Below, one piece after another: positions 11,423-23,074 of a DNA stretch of 37,011 nt. The DNA comes from Octopus bimaculoides (taxonomy: Eukaryota), in the NCBI RefSeq assembly GCF_001194135.2, contig NC_068981.1:110899640-110936650 (forward strand), given 5' to 3'. The position numbers and the translations under genes were made by a program. Under the pieces are notes generated by a model. That model was not told where the DNA came from. It did not search any database and saw only the letters and a program-made list of their open reading frames with translations. The stretch's first letter is position 1, and every line of letters starts with the position of its first letter.

Positions 11423-12023
11423 CTGATAGAACTGGCAACATTATTGATAACAGAATAGATTATAGCATCACCTTTCAGCCAATCCACACTTGATTGAACA
11501 TTGGATATTTTTGGTGACTGATCATGACTCACTATAAATATGACTTGCTTAATTATTGACCAAAATATTGTCTGCATGATTAGAAACTAACATAGCTACT
11601 GGGCTACGTACTTTTATTAACAATAATGTCTTTTTAGACATTATTGTTAATATATATTTTTATATATTCTAGATTTCTCAATAACTGAATAGGTACCAAA
11701 GGTCATTTTGCAAAGTCAGTTCATATTTAATCCTTGCATTCAGATTACTCTGTCAAATGTAATATTTATTCATCCGAATCATTTTCAGCTACTCATTTAT
11801 CATCTTGTAGCTTCGAGATTTTAATGATGTGATTGTTTATTTTTTGAATGACATTGTAGGACAAGTGTGGAAGGCTGAAACTGGTCATTTTGAACATAAA
11901 ACAGGGAGAATATTTTGGCAGGATATGGCTGGTTTAAATACTAAAGGGTTAATATAAAAGAAATTTTTGTTAGGATGATGATAATCATAAACTGTAGTAC
12001 TAACTCTAATCCTTATATTCCAG

Positions 12024-12208
12024 ATCCCATTCGCCAAGGATTTAATGCACATTATGTAGTTAATTGGTGTCCCTCTCACTGCAAAGGAAATCGTGAATGT
12101 AAAAACAATCAGTGTATTTGTAAAGAAGGTTATGTAGGACCAACATGTGATCAGCATCTTTGTTTCTCCAATTGCACTGAAATAAAAGGGGAACCTGAAT
12201 GTTGTAAT
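12024..12208 (+). CDS. internal coding exon of a host gene: CUB-like C-terminal motif followed by EGF-like repeats (attractin/MEGF8-like layout)
   Basis: Acceptor ccttatattccag| at 12023, donor AAT|GTAAGT at 12209; open frame (D)PIRQGFNAHYVVNWCPSHCKGNRECKNNQCICKEGYVGPTCDQHLCFSNCTEIKGEPECCN with EGF Cys spacing and CxCxxGYxGxxC; phase 1 to 0. Confidence 0.78.
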
Positions 12209-12342
12209 GTAAGTATTTATTTTGCATTATGAACAAAAATCTTGTCATTTTGATGTTTTATGTGTTACTTCAACATTTCAGTCAAAAATGCAATTAATAA
12301 TTTTGTATCTAAATTCAGTAATTATTCAATGTATGCCTATAT

Positions 12343-13890
12343 ATCATCATCATCATCATCATCGTTTAACGTCTGCTTTCCATGCTAGCATGGGTTGGAC
12401 GATTTGACTGAGGACTGGTGAAACCGGATGGCAACACCAGGCTCCAGTCTGATTTGGCAGAGTTTCTACAGCTGGATGCCCTTCCTAACGCCAACCACTC
12501 AGAGAGTGTAGTGGGTGCTTTTACGTGTCACCCGCACGAAAACGGCCACGCTCGAAATGNNNNNNNNNNNNNNNNNNNNNNNNNNNNNNNNNNNNNNNNN
12601 NNNNNNNNNNNNNNNNNNNNNNNNNNNNNNNNNNNNNNNNNNNNNNNNNNNNNNNNNNNNNNNNNNNNNNNNNNNNNNNNNNNNNNNNNNNNNNNNNNNN
12701 NNNNNNNNNNNNNNNNNNNNNNNNNNNNNNNNNNNNNNNNNNNNNNNNNNNNNNNNNNNNNNNNNNNNNNNNNNNNNNNNNNNNNNNNNNNNNNNNNNNN
12801 NNNNNNNNNNNNNNNNNNNNNNNNNNNNNNNNNNNNNNNNNNNNNNNNNNNNNNNNNNNNNNNNNNNNNNNNNNNNNNNNNNNNNNNNNNNNNNNNNNNN
12901 NNNNNNNNNNNNNNNNNNNNNNNNNNNNNNNNNNNNNNNNNNNNNNNNNNNNNNNNNNNNNNNNNNNNNNNNNNNNNNNNNNNNNNNNNNNNNNNNNNNN
13001 NNNNNNNNNNNNNNNNNNNNNNNNNNNNNNNNNNNNNNNNNNNNNNNNNNNNNNNNNNNNNNNNNNNNNNNNNNNNNNNNNNNNNNNNNNNNNNNNNNNN
13101 NNNNNNNNNNNNNNNNNNNNNNNNNNNNNNNNNNNNNNNNNNNNNNNNNNNNNNNNNNNNNNNNNNNNNNNNNNNNNNNNNNNNNNNNNNNNNNNNNNNN
13201 NNNNNNNNNNNNNNNNNNNNNNNNNNNNNNNNNNNNNNNNNNNNNNNNNNNNNNNNNNNNNNNNNNNNNNNNNNNNNNNNNNNNNNNNNNNNNNNNNNNN
13301 NNNNNNNNNNNNNNNNNNNNNNNNNNNNNNNNNNNNNNNNNNNNNNNNNNNNNNNNNNNNNNNNNNNNNNNNNNNNNNNNNNNNNNNNNNNNNNNNNNNN
13401 NNNNNNNNNNNNNNNNNNNNNNNNNNNNNNNNNNNNNNNNNNNNNNNNNNNNNNNNNNNNNNNNNNNNNNNNNNNNNNNNNNNNNNNNNNNNNNNNNNNN
13501 NNNNNNNNNNNNNNNNNNNNNNNNNNNNNNNNNNNNNNNNNNNNNNNNNNNNNNNNNACCTTCCTACTTATTAGGATTTTGGTTTTAGCTAGGTTGACTC
13601 TAAGGCCCTTCAATTCCAGACCTTGCTTCCACACCTGAAACTTCTCCTCTAGTTCTGATAGTGACTCCGCAATTAGGGCAAGGTCATCAGCATAGAGGAG
13701 CTCCCAGGGGCAACCTGTCTTGAACTCCTCTGTGATTGCCTGGAGGACTATGGTAAATAATAGGGGGCTGAGGACGGAACCTTGGTGGACCCCTACCTCT
13801 ACCCGGAATTCATTGCTGTACTCATTTCCAACCCTCACCTTACTGGCCGCATCTCTGTACATGGCTCGCACAGCTCTCACTAGCCATTCT
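12343..13890 (-). mobile_element. RTE-clade LINE, 5'-truncated, spans an assembly gap, relatively well preserved
   Basis: Open frame VHQGSVLSPLLF...WELLYADDLALIAES...GLRVNLAKTK at 13559-13880; family 3' UTR and (CAT)n tail at 12343-12559. Confidence 0.88.
12560..13558. other. assembly gap (N run)
   Basis: 999 N; further gaps at 22211-22374, 25760-25769, 32543-32552 and 33521-34163. Confidence 0.99.
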
Positions 13891-14170
13891 TATATATATA
13901 AATTGACCAATGCATGGGTGGTACCACCCACAAGGAGAGACATAACATACTAAATTTTACCTGTAGTAGTAATTATATATGATAAAAGTAGTAATGTTTT
14001 TTAAATTAAATTAGAGATAAGTTTGAACAAAAACAATTAACTTTAGATGTTATATTTCTGTCTTGAATAGTATTTTTAGGCATACAGTCTTGCTTGTTTT
14101 GTTTATATATTGTGATCTACATTATATTTTATATAGTTAAATAATTATACAGAATTGTTAAAAATTTAGA

Positions 14171-14236
14171 ATGAGTAGAAAAAGAAAGTGCTGTCACTAC
14201 TTGAGTGAATATTTGAAATGTAGATTTATTCAGTCT
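14171..14236 (+). mobile_element. possible hAT (Charlie-like) transposase N-terminus
   Basis: MSRKRKCCHYLSEYLKCRFIQS resembles KKCRQYSxEYLKxGFI starts of Charlie-type transposases; cut by the RTE tail at 14238. Confidence 0.4.
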
Positions 14237-14237
14237 A

Positions 14238-15985
14238 TTCTTCTTCTTAGTAGTCCATCAATTTCCAATGAAGATGTAGCCTGTAGTTTCAGCAATCATT
14301 GGTGGGAACACATGTGGCTTGCAGGGTGGACACTGGTAGTTTGCAATCAGGACTGAGGATTATGTGGCCCAGTGACACCTTTCTCTTTCTTGCAGCTGCA
14401 AGGCTTTGCCATCTATCCTCCTCAAAGGCAGCTACAGCAGTGTTGGTGATTGACTTCCAGGTAGCCCTGTTTGTGACTGCAATCTCAAGGTTGTGAGGCT
14501 GGATGCCACACCACTTTAGGTTATCCTTTAGGGTGTCCTTATACCTCAACTTGAGTCTTCCTTGTTGCCTTATGCCTTCCTTTAACTCACTGTACATCAA
14601 CTGTTTGGGGATGTGGTGATTGTTCATTCTGATGATATGACTGGTCCAATGTAACTGAGCTTTGAGCAGAAGTGCCTTGACGCTTGTGGACTCTGCCCTG
14701 TCTTGGACTTCTTGATTGGAGACTCTGTCCTGCCAGCAGATGCCCATGATTGTGTGCAATGATCTTGTATGGAACTGTTCCAACTGCTTGATGTGCCGAC
14801 AGTATGGAGTCCACGTTTCACAACCATACAGCAGCATAGAAAGAATGATAGCTTTGTATATCTTGAGTTTCTCTTTGTATATCATGGATGGCTGCACACC
14901 CTTCTGTTGTAGTATTTTAATTCTGAGTCTACTGAGTTCTTGGCTGGCTTTCTGGATCCTGGATGTGATTTCTTTATCCAATGAACTGTTTGCAGAGATA
15001 GTGCTACCTAGATACCTGAAGCTTTCAACACAGTTCAGCTGAACCCCATCAGTGGTGATAACTGGCTTAGGTTTTGTTGTATTTGGGACTGCCTAGAGCA
15101 AGACCTCCGTCTTCCTAAGGCTAATGGTCAGGCTGAAGAGTCTGGATGCCTTGGTGAAGCGATTGACAATAATCTGGTGGTGGTTTTCCTTGTGTGACAT
15201 GAGGGCACAGTTGTCTGTGAAGGGGGCTTCGAGGATGAGCTTTTCCCTGGTTTTCGTTTTGGCAGACAGGTGGTGGGTGTCAAATATGGAGACATTGATT
15301 CAGTACTTGATGTACATGCCCAGGTCAAGGTTCTTCACAGTGTGGAGGAGGACCTGCATGAAAAACAAGTTGAAGAGCACTGGGGTTAGGACACAAGGCT
15401 CTTTGACTCCATTAGAGATGTTAAAGGAGTTTGTGTAGTCTCTGTTAGAAAAGACTTGTCCCTTCATGTTGTTGTGAAAGAGCTTGACCAGGGTTGTGAA
15501 CTTTTGTGGGCAAACCAGCTTGCTGAGGATTATCCATAAGGCTTCCCAGTTGATCATGTCAAATGCCTTGGTCAAGTTAATGAATATAGTGTACAGGTTC
15601 ATCTGCTGCTCACTGCACTTCTGGAAGTCCCACTAGTATTAAGTAGACTGAAGTCTTGCTGTGTTGAAGGCTTGTTTGTTGAGCTTGGGGTGCTTGGAGT
15701 GGTAGGGGACTATGCGAATGTTGAGCTTGACTTGAACAAGGCAGTAGTCTGCCCAGCAGTTTACACTGCACATTACCCTGGTGGTGAGGACATCACTGCT
15801 GTCTCGCTGATGGGTGATAATGTAGTCTATGAGATGGCATTGTTTGGATCGGGGATGCATCCACATGTTCTTGTATTTATCAGCCTGCATAAAGACTGTA
15901 TTTGTGATGAGCAGTTCATATTCTGCACATTTGCTTAGCAGGAGAAGTCTGTTGCTGTTCATCTTGCCTACACTGTGCTTCCCGT
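14238..15985 (-). mobile_element. RTE-BovB-like LINE with internal deletion
   Basis: APE end (LLITNTVF..WMHPRSK..HLIDYII), RT (FINLTKAFDMIN, SNGVK, FRYLGS region), LLYGCETW..RIPKQLMYSEL; (GAA)n tail at 14238; APE region joins RT abruptly near 15625. Confidence 0.9.
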
Positions 15986-16464
15986 ATAAATAAAATTACC
16001 CATTTGCAAAGAAAAAAAAGAAAAAACATTAAAATATTGTCTGTTTAAAGAAAGCTAAAATATAAATACTTACTGTACAAACAACTTACATTTTTGAAAT
16101 CACATTCATTAAAAAATATTTCTAAATGATTAAAATATTGTGTTTAACAAAAGCAAAAATAGAAAACAATCTTATTTTTTCATTGTCAACTCACTGTCTA
16201 ATAGAAAGATAAGAGTGTCTTTACTTTCAGGATGAAGATTATTTTTGGAACATTTTGCCATTATGCACTGTTTTGGGCATTTATACCCCAAAAGTCTTTA
16301 ATATCTCAAAAACCACTTTACCGATTTACGCAAAACTTGTTTCATTCTGTTCGTATTAACATTTCAGGGTAAACTTAATTCATAGTATTTTCCCATTATA
16401 CACTGCTTTGGCTGAGTAACATTGCAAGCAAGCGAGATTCAAACTGACTTTTAATGTATTATAG

Positions 16465-16810
16465 ATTTAAAGGAAGCAGTTCCACATATAATTGCAGTTC
16501 ACTGTGTTATTCATAGAGAACACTTAGCTGCAAAACCTCTTAGTGGTAGAGTACATAATGTGTTGAATGATGTAATTAAAACAGTAAATATTATTTAGAA
16601 ACCCATTCACTGAATGACCATATCTTTTAGAAGCTTTGCTATGGAAAAAAACAAAAATTTAGGTGCCTGTTGCTTCATACTTACATGTGATACTGTTTTA
16701 GAATTTCTTAATTCATATGATGAGGACATGTATAATGAACTAAGTAATGAAAGAAATGACATTGCATATCTTTCTGATATTTTCACTAAATTAAATGAGA
16801 TTAACATTGA
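16465..16810 (+). mobile_element. hAT (Charlie-like) transposase fragment
   Basis: LKEAVPHIIAVHCVIHREHLAAK (CxxH motif)...DIAYLSDIFTKLNEIN. Confidence 0.8.
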
Positions 16811-16814
16811 GTAC

Positions 16815-16958
16815 CTTACTGGCAGTTGTGCCGGTGGCACGTGAAAAAACATTTGAGCGAGGTCGTTGACAGTGCCGCTGGACTGGCTCCTGTGCATGTG
16901 ACACATAAAAAACACCACTTGAGCGTGGCCATTGCCAGTACCGCCTGACTGGCCCTCA
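16815..16958 (+). mobile_element. fragment resembling the RTE-family 3' UTR
   Basis: Two variants of the ggcacgtaaaaagcacc motif seen in the RTE 3' UTRs of this window. Confidence 0.5.
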
Positions 16959-16959
16959 T

Positions 16960-19601
16960 ATCAGAGAACATGAGGCATGAACCACCACCTTCATGTTACC
17001 TTCTTAATATCTATGTAGCATTACTGCTCGTATAGTGTACTCAGAAACATCTGCAGTTACAACAGTCTTTGCTGCAAGATCAAAGTGTGCTAACAACAGA
17101 TCTGATGTTAATATTTAAAAAATATTTTGAAATGCCTTTTGGCAATTTTCCTACCAATTCCATTTCACATCTTTTTACAGCAGATTATTCAGTGGAACCC
17201 TCACCTTTTGCATATTTGGAATATAATTCTGGTAATAATTTGCCAATCCTAAAGATACTTGTATGGTTGCTATGTTTGTTGGAGAGGGCATATTTTTAAT
17301 TGTGTCTGCCCTCGATGGATCTCGTCGATGTCCATTTCTGTCAATGATTTGTCCTTATCTTATTTTCTGTAAGAAAAATTCACACTTTTCTTCACTCGAA
17401 GTAAGGCCGTAATCTCTAATTTTTTTGAGCACATATTTTACATGCTCTACATGTTGATCCCTGGATTCGCTTTTAATGAATATATCATCCAGATATGGAA
17501 TTGTTAATTCACAATCCGCTAACATTGCATCCATAATCTGTTGAAAAATCACTTTTAAGCTACATGGTTGTTGTATTTATACAGTCATTTATGTGTGTTA
17601 ATTGTTAAGTATTTAGAATATTCACAGTCTGCTCTAATTTGTAGGTATGCATCAGAGAAATCCAATTTAGAAAATATCTTGCCACCGTTTAATTTTGCAA
17701 AAATATCCTCCAGAGTATGTAGTTGATTGTGGCATGTTTTAAGACATTCGTTTAAGCACACACATTTTATTATTCTTTTTTTTTTTAGTGTACACAGTTG
17801 GTGATGCCCATTGACTATATTCCACTTTTTGGATAACTCCACTTTTTTCTAGTCTCCCTAACTCTAAGTTTATCTCTTCTAATGCTGCAAGCAGTACAGT
17901 TCATTTTAGTTTAAATGTCAGTATGGCATATTCTTTTACTTCAAACTTCACCTTCATTTCAGTGCACAGATCTAATTCATCAGACAGAACCTCAGGAAAA
18001 ATCTCTTAATTTTTTTCAATTTGTCTGATGACTTATTTGTACTGGAGTAAAAGCCATTCACATTTTTACAGAAGAGATTCATGGAGATGTCCCATAAATT
18101 AAATAATTTCATTCAGTCAATTCTGAACAAATTTGTAGTTATTATTTAATACAAAAACTTTAGCTTTTAAGGTTTTCTCATGCCCTTAAAATATTTTTTT
18201 TTTCCTGAATCACCATGGGCAATTTTCAAAGTTTCATTTAATGTAGGTCTGCTGATTTTTTCCCATGTATCTGTGTTAATTATTGAGATATCACTGCCCG
18301 TATCCAATTGTAACTTTCTTTGTGTTATTAATTTTTATATACACAAATTTCCTTGGAGGATTGTTCATATTTTTTGTCACTGATAACCCATTTACGTAAT
18401 TTTTTTCTTTTGAACTGTTTTTTAGGTTCTGTCCTACAATGTGACTTTTTATGGCCTATTTTACCACACTTGAAGCATTTTATATTTTTAAACAGACAGT
18501 TATTTTTAAAATGTAGACCACCGCACCCATAACATGGATTTGGTCTTGACATTTTTTGCTCTTGTTTCTTATTCGTTACTGGTTGACACACTTGAATCTG
18601 AGAGCAATCTTTCTCTTCAAATTTATTTGCATCATATTGTAAATTTATAACCCTCTGACATTCTGCTGCTGCTGCTGCCTGCAGAGTTAAATTTTGGTCC
18701 AGTGCTAATTTTGCTAATATCTGGGAATGTATATCTGCTTCTTTGCTTGCCCTTGAACAAAAATTAAAGACTTGAACATGTCCGGGGTCAACTCATTCAA
18801 TTTGATTTTCTCACACTCACTGTTAACCATTCCGGCATAGGTGACAAAATCTTCATCATCTTTTTTGATCAAATTTAAACATTGCAAGTATTGAACAGGA
18901 AACTTCTTTCACTGAAAATTTTCGATAAAATATTGTTTTATCAAAACAAATCTCACAATCTATTTGACAGAATATAATTACTATATTTTTCATGTTTAGC
19001 AGAGGATAACTTTCTTATGAGTAGTCATACTTTTTTCTTGTCAGACCAACTTTTACACACTTCTTTGAAGATTTTTTTGTGTCTTTGAAAATATGCACAG
19101 AAGGTAATTCCTTCTTCTGGGTTGTATTTGAATTCTCCAATTGAGTTTGCTACGCTGTTTTGTGAGTATGAACCTGAAATATTTTCAGACTTCTTCAACA
19201 TTAATTCCAACAACTGTTGGTTTTGTTGTTGTTGCTGTTGTAGTTACTGCTGCAGTTGTTGCTGTTGCTGCTGTTGCTGTTGTAACTGCACCATGGAAGC
19301 CGATAAATTTTCCATGTTAAAACGATTTTTTATTTGGTTTTGTACCAAAAACAAAGAAATTTTAAACATCTAATGTAAGCTTTGAACAACTTGTTGCCGC
19401 TTTTATATCCTTGTATGTTGGATATATAATATAATGAAGCAGCGGGGAAAGAAATTATTTACACAACGCACTACTATTAATATTATACAAAACTCAATGC
19501 TCTATATCATTGGTTCACAATGAACTGCTTACCAACCCGAACTGCTGATGTTTTGACAGTTGTCTATTTAATAAAAATGTCTCAGTCCACTTTTAGTCAC
19601 A
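16960..19601 (-). mobile_element. Ty3/Gypsy LTR retrotransposon (gag-protease-RT-RNase H), 3'-truncated, degenerate
   Basis: gag FKYNPEEGITFCAYFQR; zinc knuckles CYGCGGLHFKNNC and CFKCGKIGHKKSHC; LDTGSDISII; FSKLDFSDAYLQI; PYLDDI; RNase H TADVSEY; no integrase or second LTR seen. Confidence 0.9.
19374..19601 (-). repeat. candidate 5' LTR of the Gypsy element
   Basis: Minus strand starts TGTGAC and ends CTTACA just upstream of gag; no partner LTR and no clear TGG primer-binding site. Confidence 0.45.
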
Positions 19602-20797
19602 TGTGGGTGGCTGGAATCCTTCTACAACAGATGGATTCCCAGCAAACCTATTAAAGAAATGCAATGGGGCTCTAGCAAGACCACTACAGATTATCTTCCA
19701 AAGCTTCTACACAACTGGGAGAACCCCCAAAAAGTTAAAGGAAGGCATAATATTTCCTATCCATAAGGGAGGTAGCAGAGCAGATACTAAAGATTATAGA
19801 CCTGCCTCGCTAACCTCCCATGTCAGCAAAATCATGGAGCACATTGTCAGGAAGAAATTAATTGCATTCCTTGAAGATAATGATTTGCTCCCAGACACCC
19901 AGCTTCTACTTAGGAAGAATCTGCCTTACACAGCTTTTGCAACATTATGATGGGTGTTGAAACGATTAATGGATTGCTCAAACATGGATGTGATATATCT
20001 GGATTTTGCAAAGGCCTTTGATAAGGTTGATCATGGGATGATATGTTGCAAGCTATGGAGATTTGGCATAGTTGGAAAACTGGGGAAGTAGTTACATGAC
20101 TTCTTAAAAGACAGAAGCCAGACTGTGACAGTCAATGGAGCGAGGGAGACAGTAATAGAGAGTGGAATATCTCAGGGAACTGTACTGAGGCTGCTGCTAT
20201 TCATGGTGGCTCTTCCAGACATGCCATCAGTTACACAGACAGCCACACTTACTAGCTATGCTGATGATAGAAATGAGTGCAAGCTGTCAAGGAACCTTCT
20301 GATGCTAATCTTCTACAAAAAGACCTAGATGCTATATATAAATGGGCTGAAGAAAACAACATTCAATTTAATGCAGGTAAATTCCAAGCCCTCTGCTACA
20401 AGTTTAATTGGTGTTCAGAAGCTGCAACAATAATACATTGGACCAAAAGGGGTGGCAATCTCAGAGTCATGTATAGTGCATGATCTAGGGATTGATATGA
20501 GCAGTGATACCCTATTTCATGCACATATCACCAAGATGGTGGCAGTATGCAGGTGAATGGCCAGGTGGATTTTGAGAACCTTCAGAACAAGGGACCAGGA
20601 AATTGCTGGTTCTGTGGAGGACATTTGTTCTCAGATGTCTGGATTACTGCTCTGAACTATGGTTACCCTATGGTGTCAAATTAATAGCAGACCTCAAGGC
20701 AGTTTAGTGGTGCTACACCAGGAAGATTGCATCAATGGAATGGCTAAGCTACTGAGGGAGACTGAAAGAGCTACAACTCTACTCCCTGAAGCGAAGT
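19602..20797 (+). mobile_element. CR1-group LINE RT region, degenerate
   Basis: DGFPANLLKKC, IFPIHKGGS...YRPASLTS, DVIYLDFAKAFDKVDH, SGISQGTVL, SYADD, RLKELQLYSL. Confidence 0.88.
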
Positions 20798-21189
20798 AAA
20801 AATGATGATGGTGTGTTTGCGGGAAGTGAGTTTCTTTAAGAATGTCTGTGAGTGGTATTAGCTGTGAAATTAGGACAAATCTATTGTTATTAAAGAATAG
20901 TTTGGTGTATGGTGTTTTTGTTGTGATGAATAAATACCTATTATTTATGCTTGTGCTAAGTGTGTGTAGTTAGTGTAGCTGTAGTGGCATTTTGTTTTGG
21001 CTGGGATGGAAATTTCATTTTATTCTACAGAATATTTGCACGTTTGTGTTTGTGAGTAGTGGTATATTGACATTTGGCATTTTTGGGGGGTTTATGTAAA
21101 TGTGCATATGTATACTATTTGCATATATGTGGGCATATAATGTGTATTGGGTTGATTTCTTTTTTTTTTTTAAAGTTATACTGAGGTAG

Positions 21190-21985
21190 AAGGTGTATAG
21201 TTTACATGTGATGTATGTGTGAGATTTGTTTATATTTATGCGGTGGGTGAGCTTTCGGTATTTGTTTTTATTCTATCTGGCATTTGGATTATATGATGGT
21301 CCATGATTTATAATTTCCCATTTTATTTTTCTATTGATGTTATTTCTTTAATTTCCAGAGATAATGGGATAAGGATGTTATTATCTCTTTTGAATATTTT
21401 CCTGGGATGTATGTGTATGTCGTGTGTATCTAATCTATAACTGGTCTACTGTCGATGCTTATGTAGTTTCCTTCTGTTTTTCTTTTTGTAAAAGTATTGC
21501 TTTATACACTGTTTGTAAACAGTTTTCATGTAACGGGAATGTCTTAGTTCTTGTGCACCTGTTTTTGGTTGTGTGTTATGAGGTATTTTTAGCAATTATA
21601 TGATGCATTTTATTTTTTTAATGTTTTTTCTTTTGTGCAGCCAGCTGTAGGTCACTTGTATTGCTTGTGTTGAATAATTTAAGGTATTTGTGTTCAATTG
21701 AGAAGTGTTTACTGAAAAGTGCGTTCTTCATTTGTTGCTGCAATTAGACTGAAGGATGGAATAAACTAGGCAGTGTTTCTTTTCTAAGATTTCTAGGTTT
21801 TTTTCTAGTCTGTTTGTAGTGTTTTTGTTATGTAATGCAGCTCTTCTTCAAATCCACTTGATTTTAGAGTTAGGTTATAAGTTGGTGCTGCTTGGTCGAA
21901 GATTTCCTAATACAAAGTTTTTGAAATTGCTAAAGCTGCTAATGAGATTCTTTTGTTATACAAAATTCATCTGTCTGTCATAATG
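21190..21985 (-). mobile_element. Penelope-like element (RT C-terminus plus GIY-YIG), degenerate
   Basis: EIFDQAAPTYNLTLKSSGF..RKRN..KHF..HKYLKLFN; PLHENCLQTVYKA..EGNYISI; TSLSHYLWKLK..IKWEII..GPSYNP. Confidence 0.75.
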
Positions 21986-21997
21986 GATGTATATTTG

Positions 21998-22034
<37 letters not shown>

Positions 22035-22044
22035 TATAGATATG

Positions 22045-22700
22045 AGGTGCAGGAGTGGCTGTGTGATAAGTAGCTTGCTTACCAACCACATGGTTCTGGG
22101 TTCAGTCCCACTGCATGGCATCTTGGGCAGGTGTCTTCTACTATAGCCTTGGGCCGACTAAAGCCTTGGGCCGACTAAAGCCTTGGGCCGACTAAAGCCT
22201 TGGGCCGACTNNNNNNNNNNNNNNNNNNNNNNNNNNNNNNNNNNNNNNNNNNNNNNNNNNNNNNNNNNNNNNNNNNNNNNNNNNNNNNNNNNNNNNNNNN
22301 NNNNNNNNNNNNNNNNNNNNNNNNNNNNNNNNNNNNNNNNNNNNNNNNNNNNNNNNNNNNNNNNNNNNNNNNNNAAAGCCTTGGGCCGACTAAAGCCTTG
22401 GGCCGACTAAAGCCTTGGGCCGACTAAAGCCTTGTGAGTGGATTTGGTAGGCGGAAACTGAAAGAAGCCCGTCGTATATTTGTATATATGTGTGTTTGTG
22501 TGTCTGTGTTTGTCCCCCTAGCATTGCTTGACAACCGATGCTGGTGTGTTTATGTCCCCGTCACTTAGCGGTTCGGCAAAAGAGACCGATAGAATAAGTA
22601 CTGGGCTTACAAAGAATAAGTCCTGGGGTTGATTTGCTCAACTAAAGGCGGTGCCCCAGCAGTCAAATGACTGAAACAGGTAAAAGATTAAAGAGAGAGA
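22045..22700 (+). mobile_element. tRNA-derived SINE with internal 17-bp tandem expansion
   Basis: aggagtggctgtgtgataag...ggttcagtcccactg head; body and tail collinear with other copies. Confidence 0.85.
22145..22434. repeat. 17-bp minisatellite aaagccttgggccgact
   Basis: Six full identical units plus partials visible on either side of a 164-N gap. Confidence 0.92.
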
Positions 22701-22794
22701 GAGAGTAAATATATTTCGTTTTTGTATTTGGTTCTTTATGTGAATTCGTGTATTGAGGCATATTTTATTGTGTCTGGGGAGAGTCATTCTCTTT

Positions 22795-22991
22795 TAGTGT
22801 CTTATTACTTAACACACTCACCAGTTTGATTTCCACTCATATACTTAATTTTTTCTAAAATTTTCATTGCATCTTGCAGCCTTTTCAATAGTCATCGAGT
22901 CAATAGTCAACAACTATTGAAAAGGTTGCAAGATGCAATAAGTAAATGAGTGGAAATTGAATCGGTGAGTGTGTTAAGAAATAAGGCACTA
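22795..22991. repeat. foldback inverted repeat, 20-bp spacer
   Basis: 22795-22892 pairs with 22913-22991 apart from an ~18 nt extra segment in the left arm. Confidence 0.78.
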
Positions 22992-23074
22992 ATATAATAA
23001 ATATATATATACATATAATTTCCATGTATATATGAAATACATGTTGCAAAGTGGGATATGACCTAGTCACCCAT

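Noticed and set aside
11811-11953. Open frame LRDFNDVIVYFLNDIVGQVWKAETGHF... after a tgtag acceptor, as a possible upstream exon
   Set aside because: No recognisable domain; the only nearby weak donor gives phase 2, incompatible with the phase-1 acceptor at 12023
12418-13880. Long ORFs of 228-450 aa in the track here and at 33407-34551
   Set aside because: They run through N gaps; only the flanking RTE RT and ORF1 parts are real sequence
22045-22120. tRNA-like head as a tRNA gene
   Set aside because: A/B-box-like motifs only; no complete cloverleaf, and it continues into SINE body in all copies
22145-22434. CRISPR-like regular repeat
   Set aside because: Head-to-tail identical units with no spacers, inside a eukaryotic SINE
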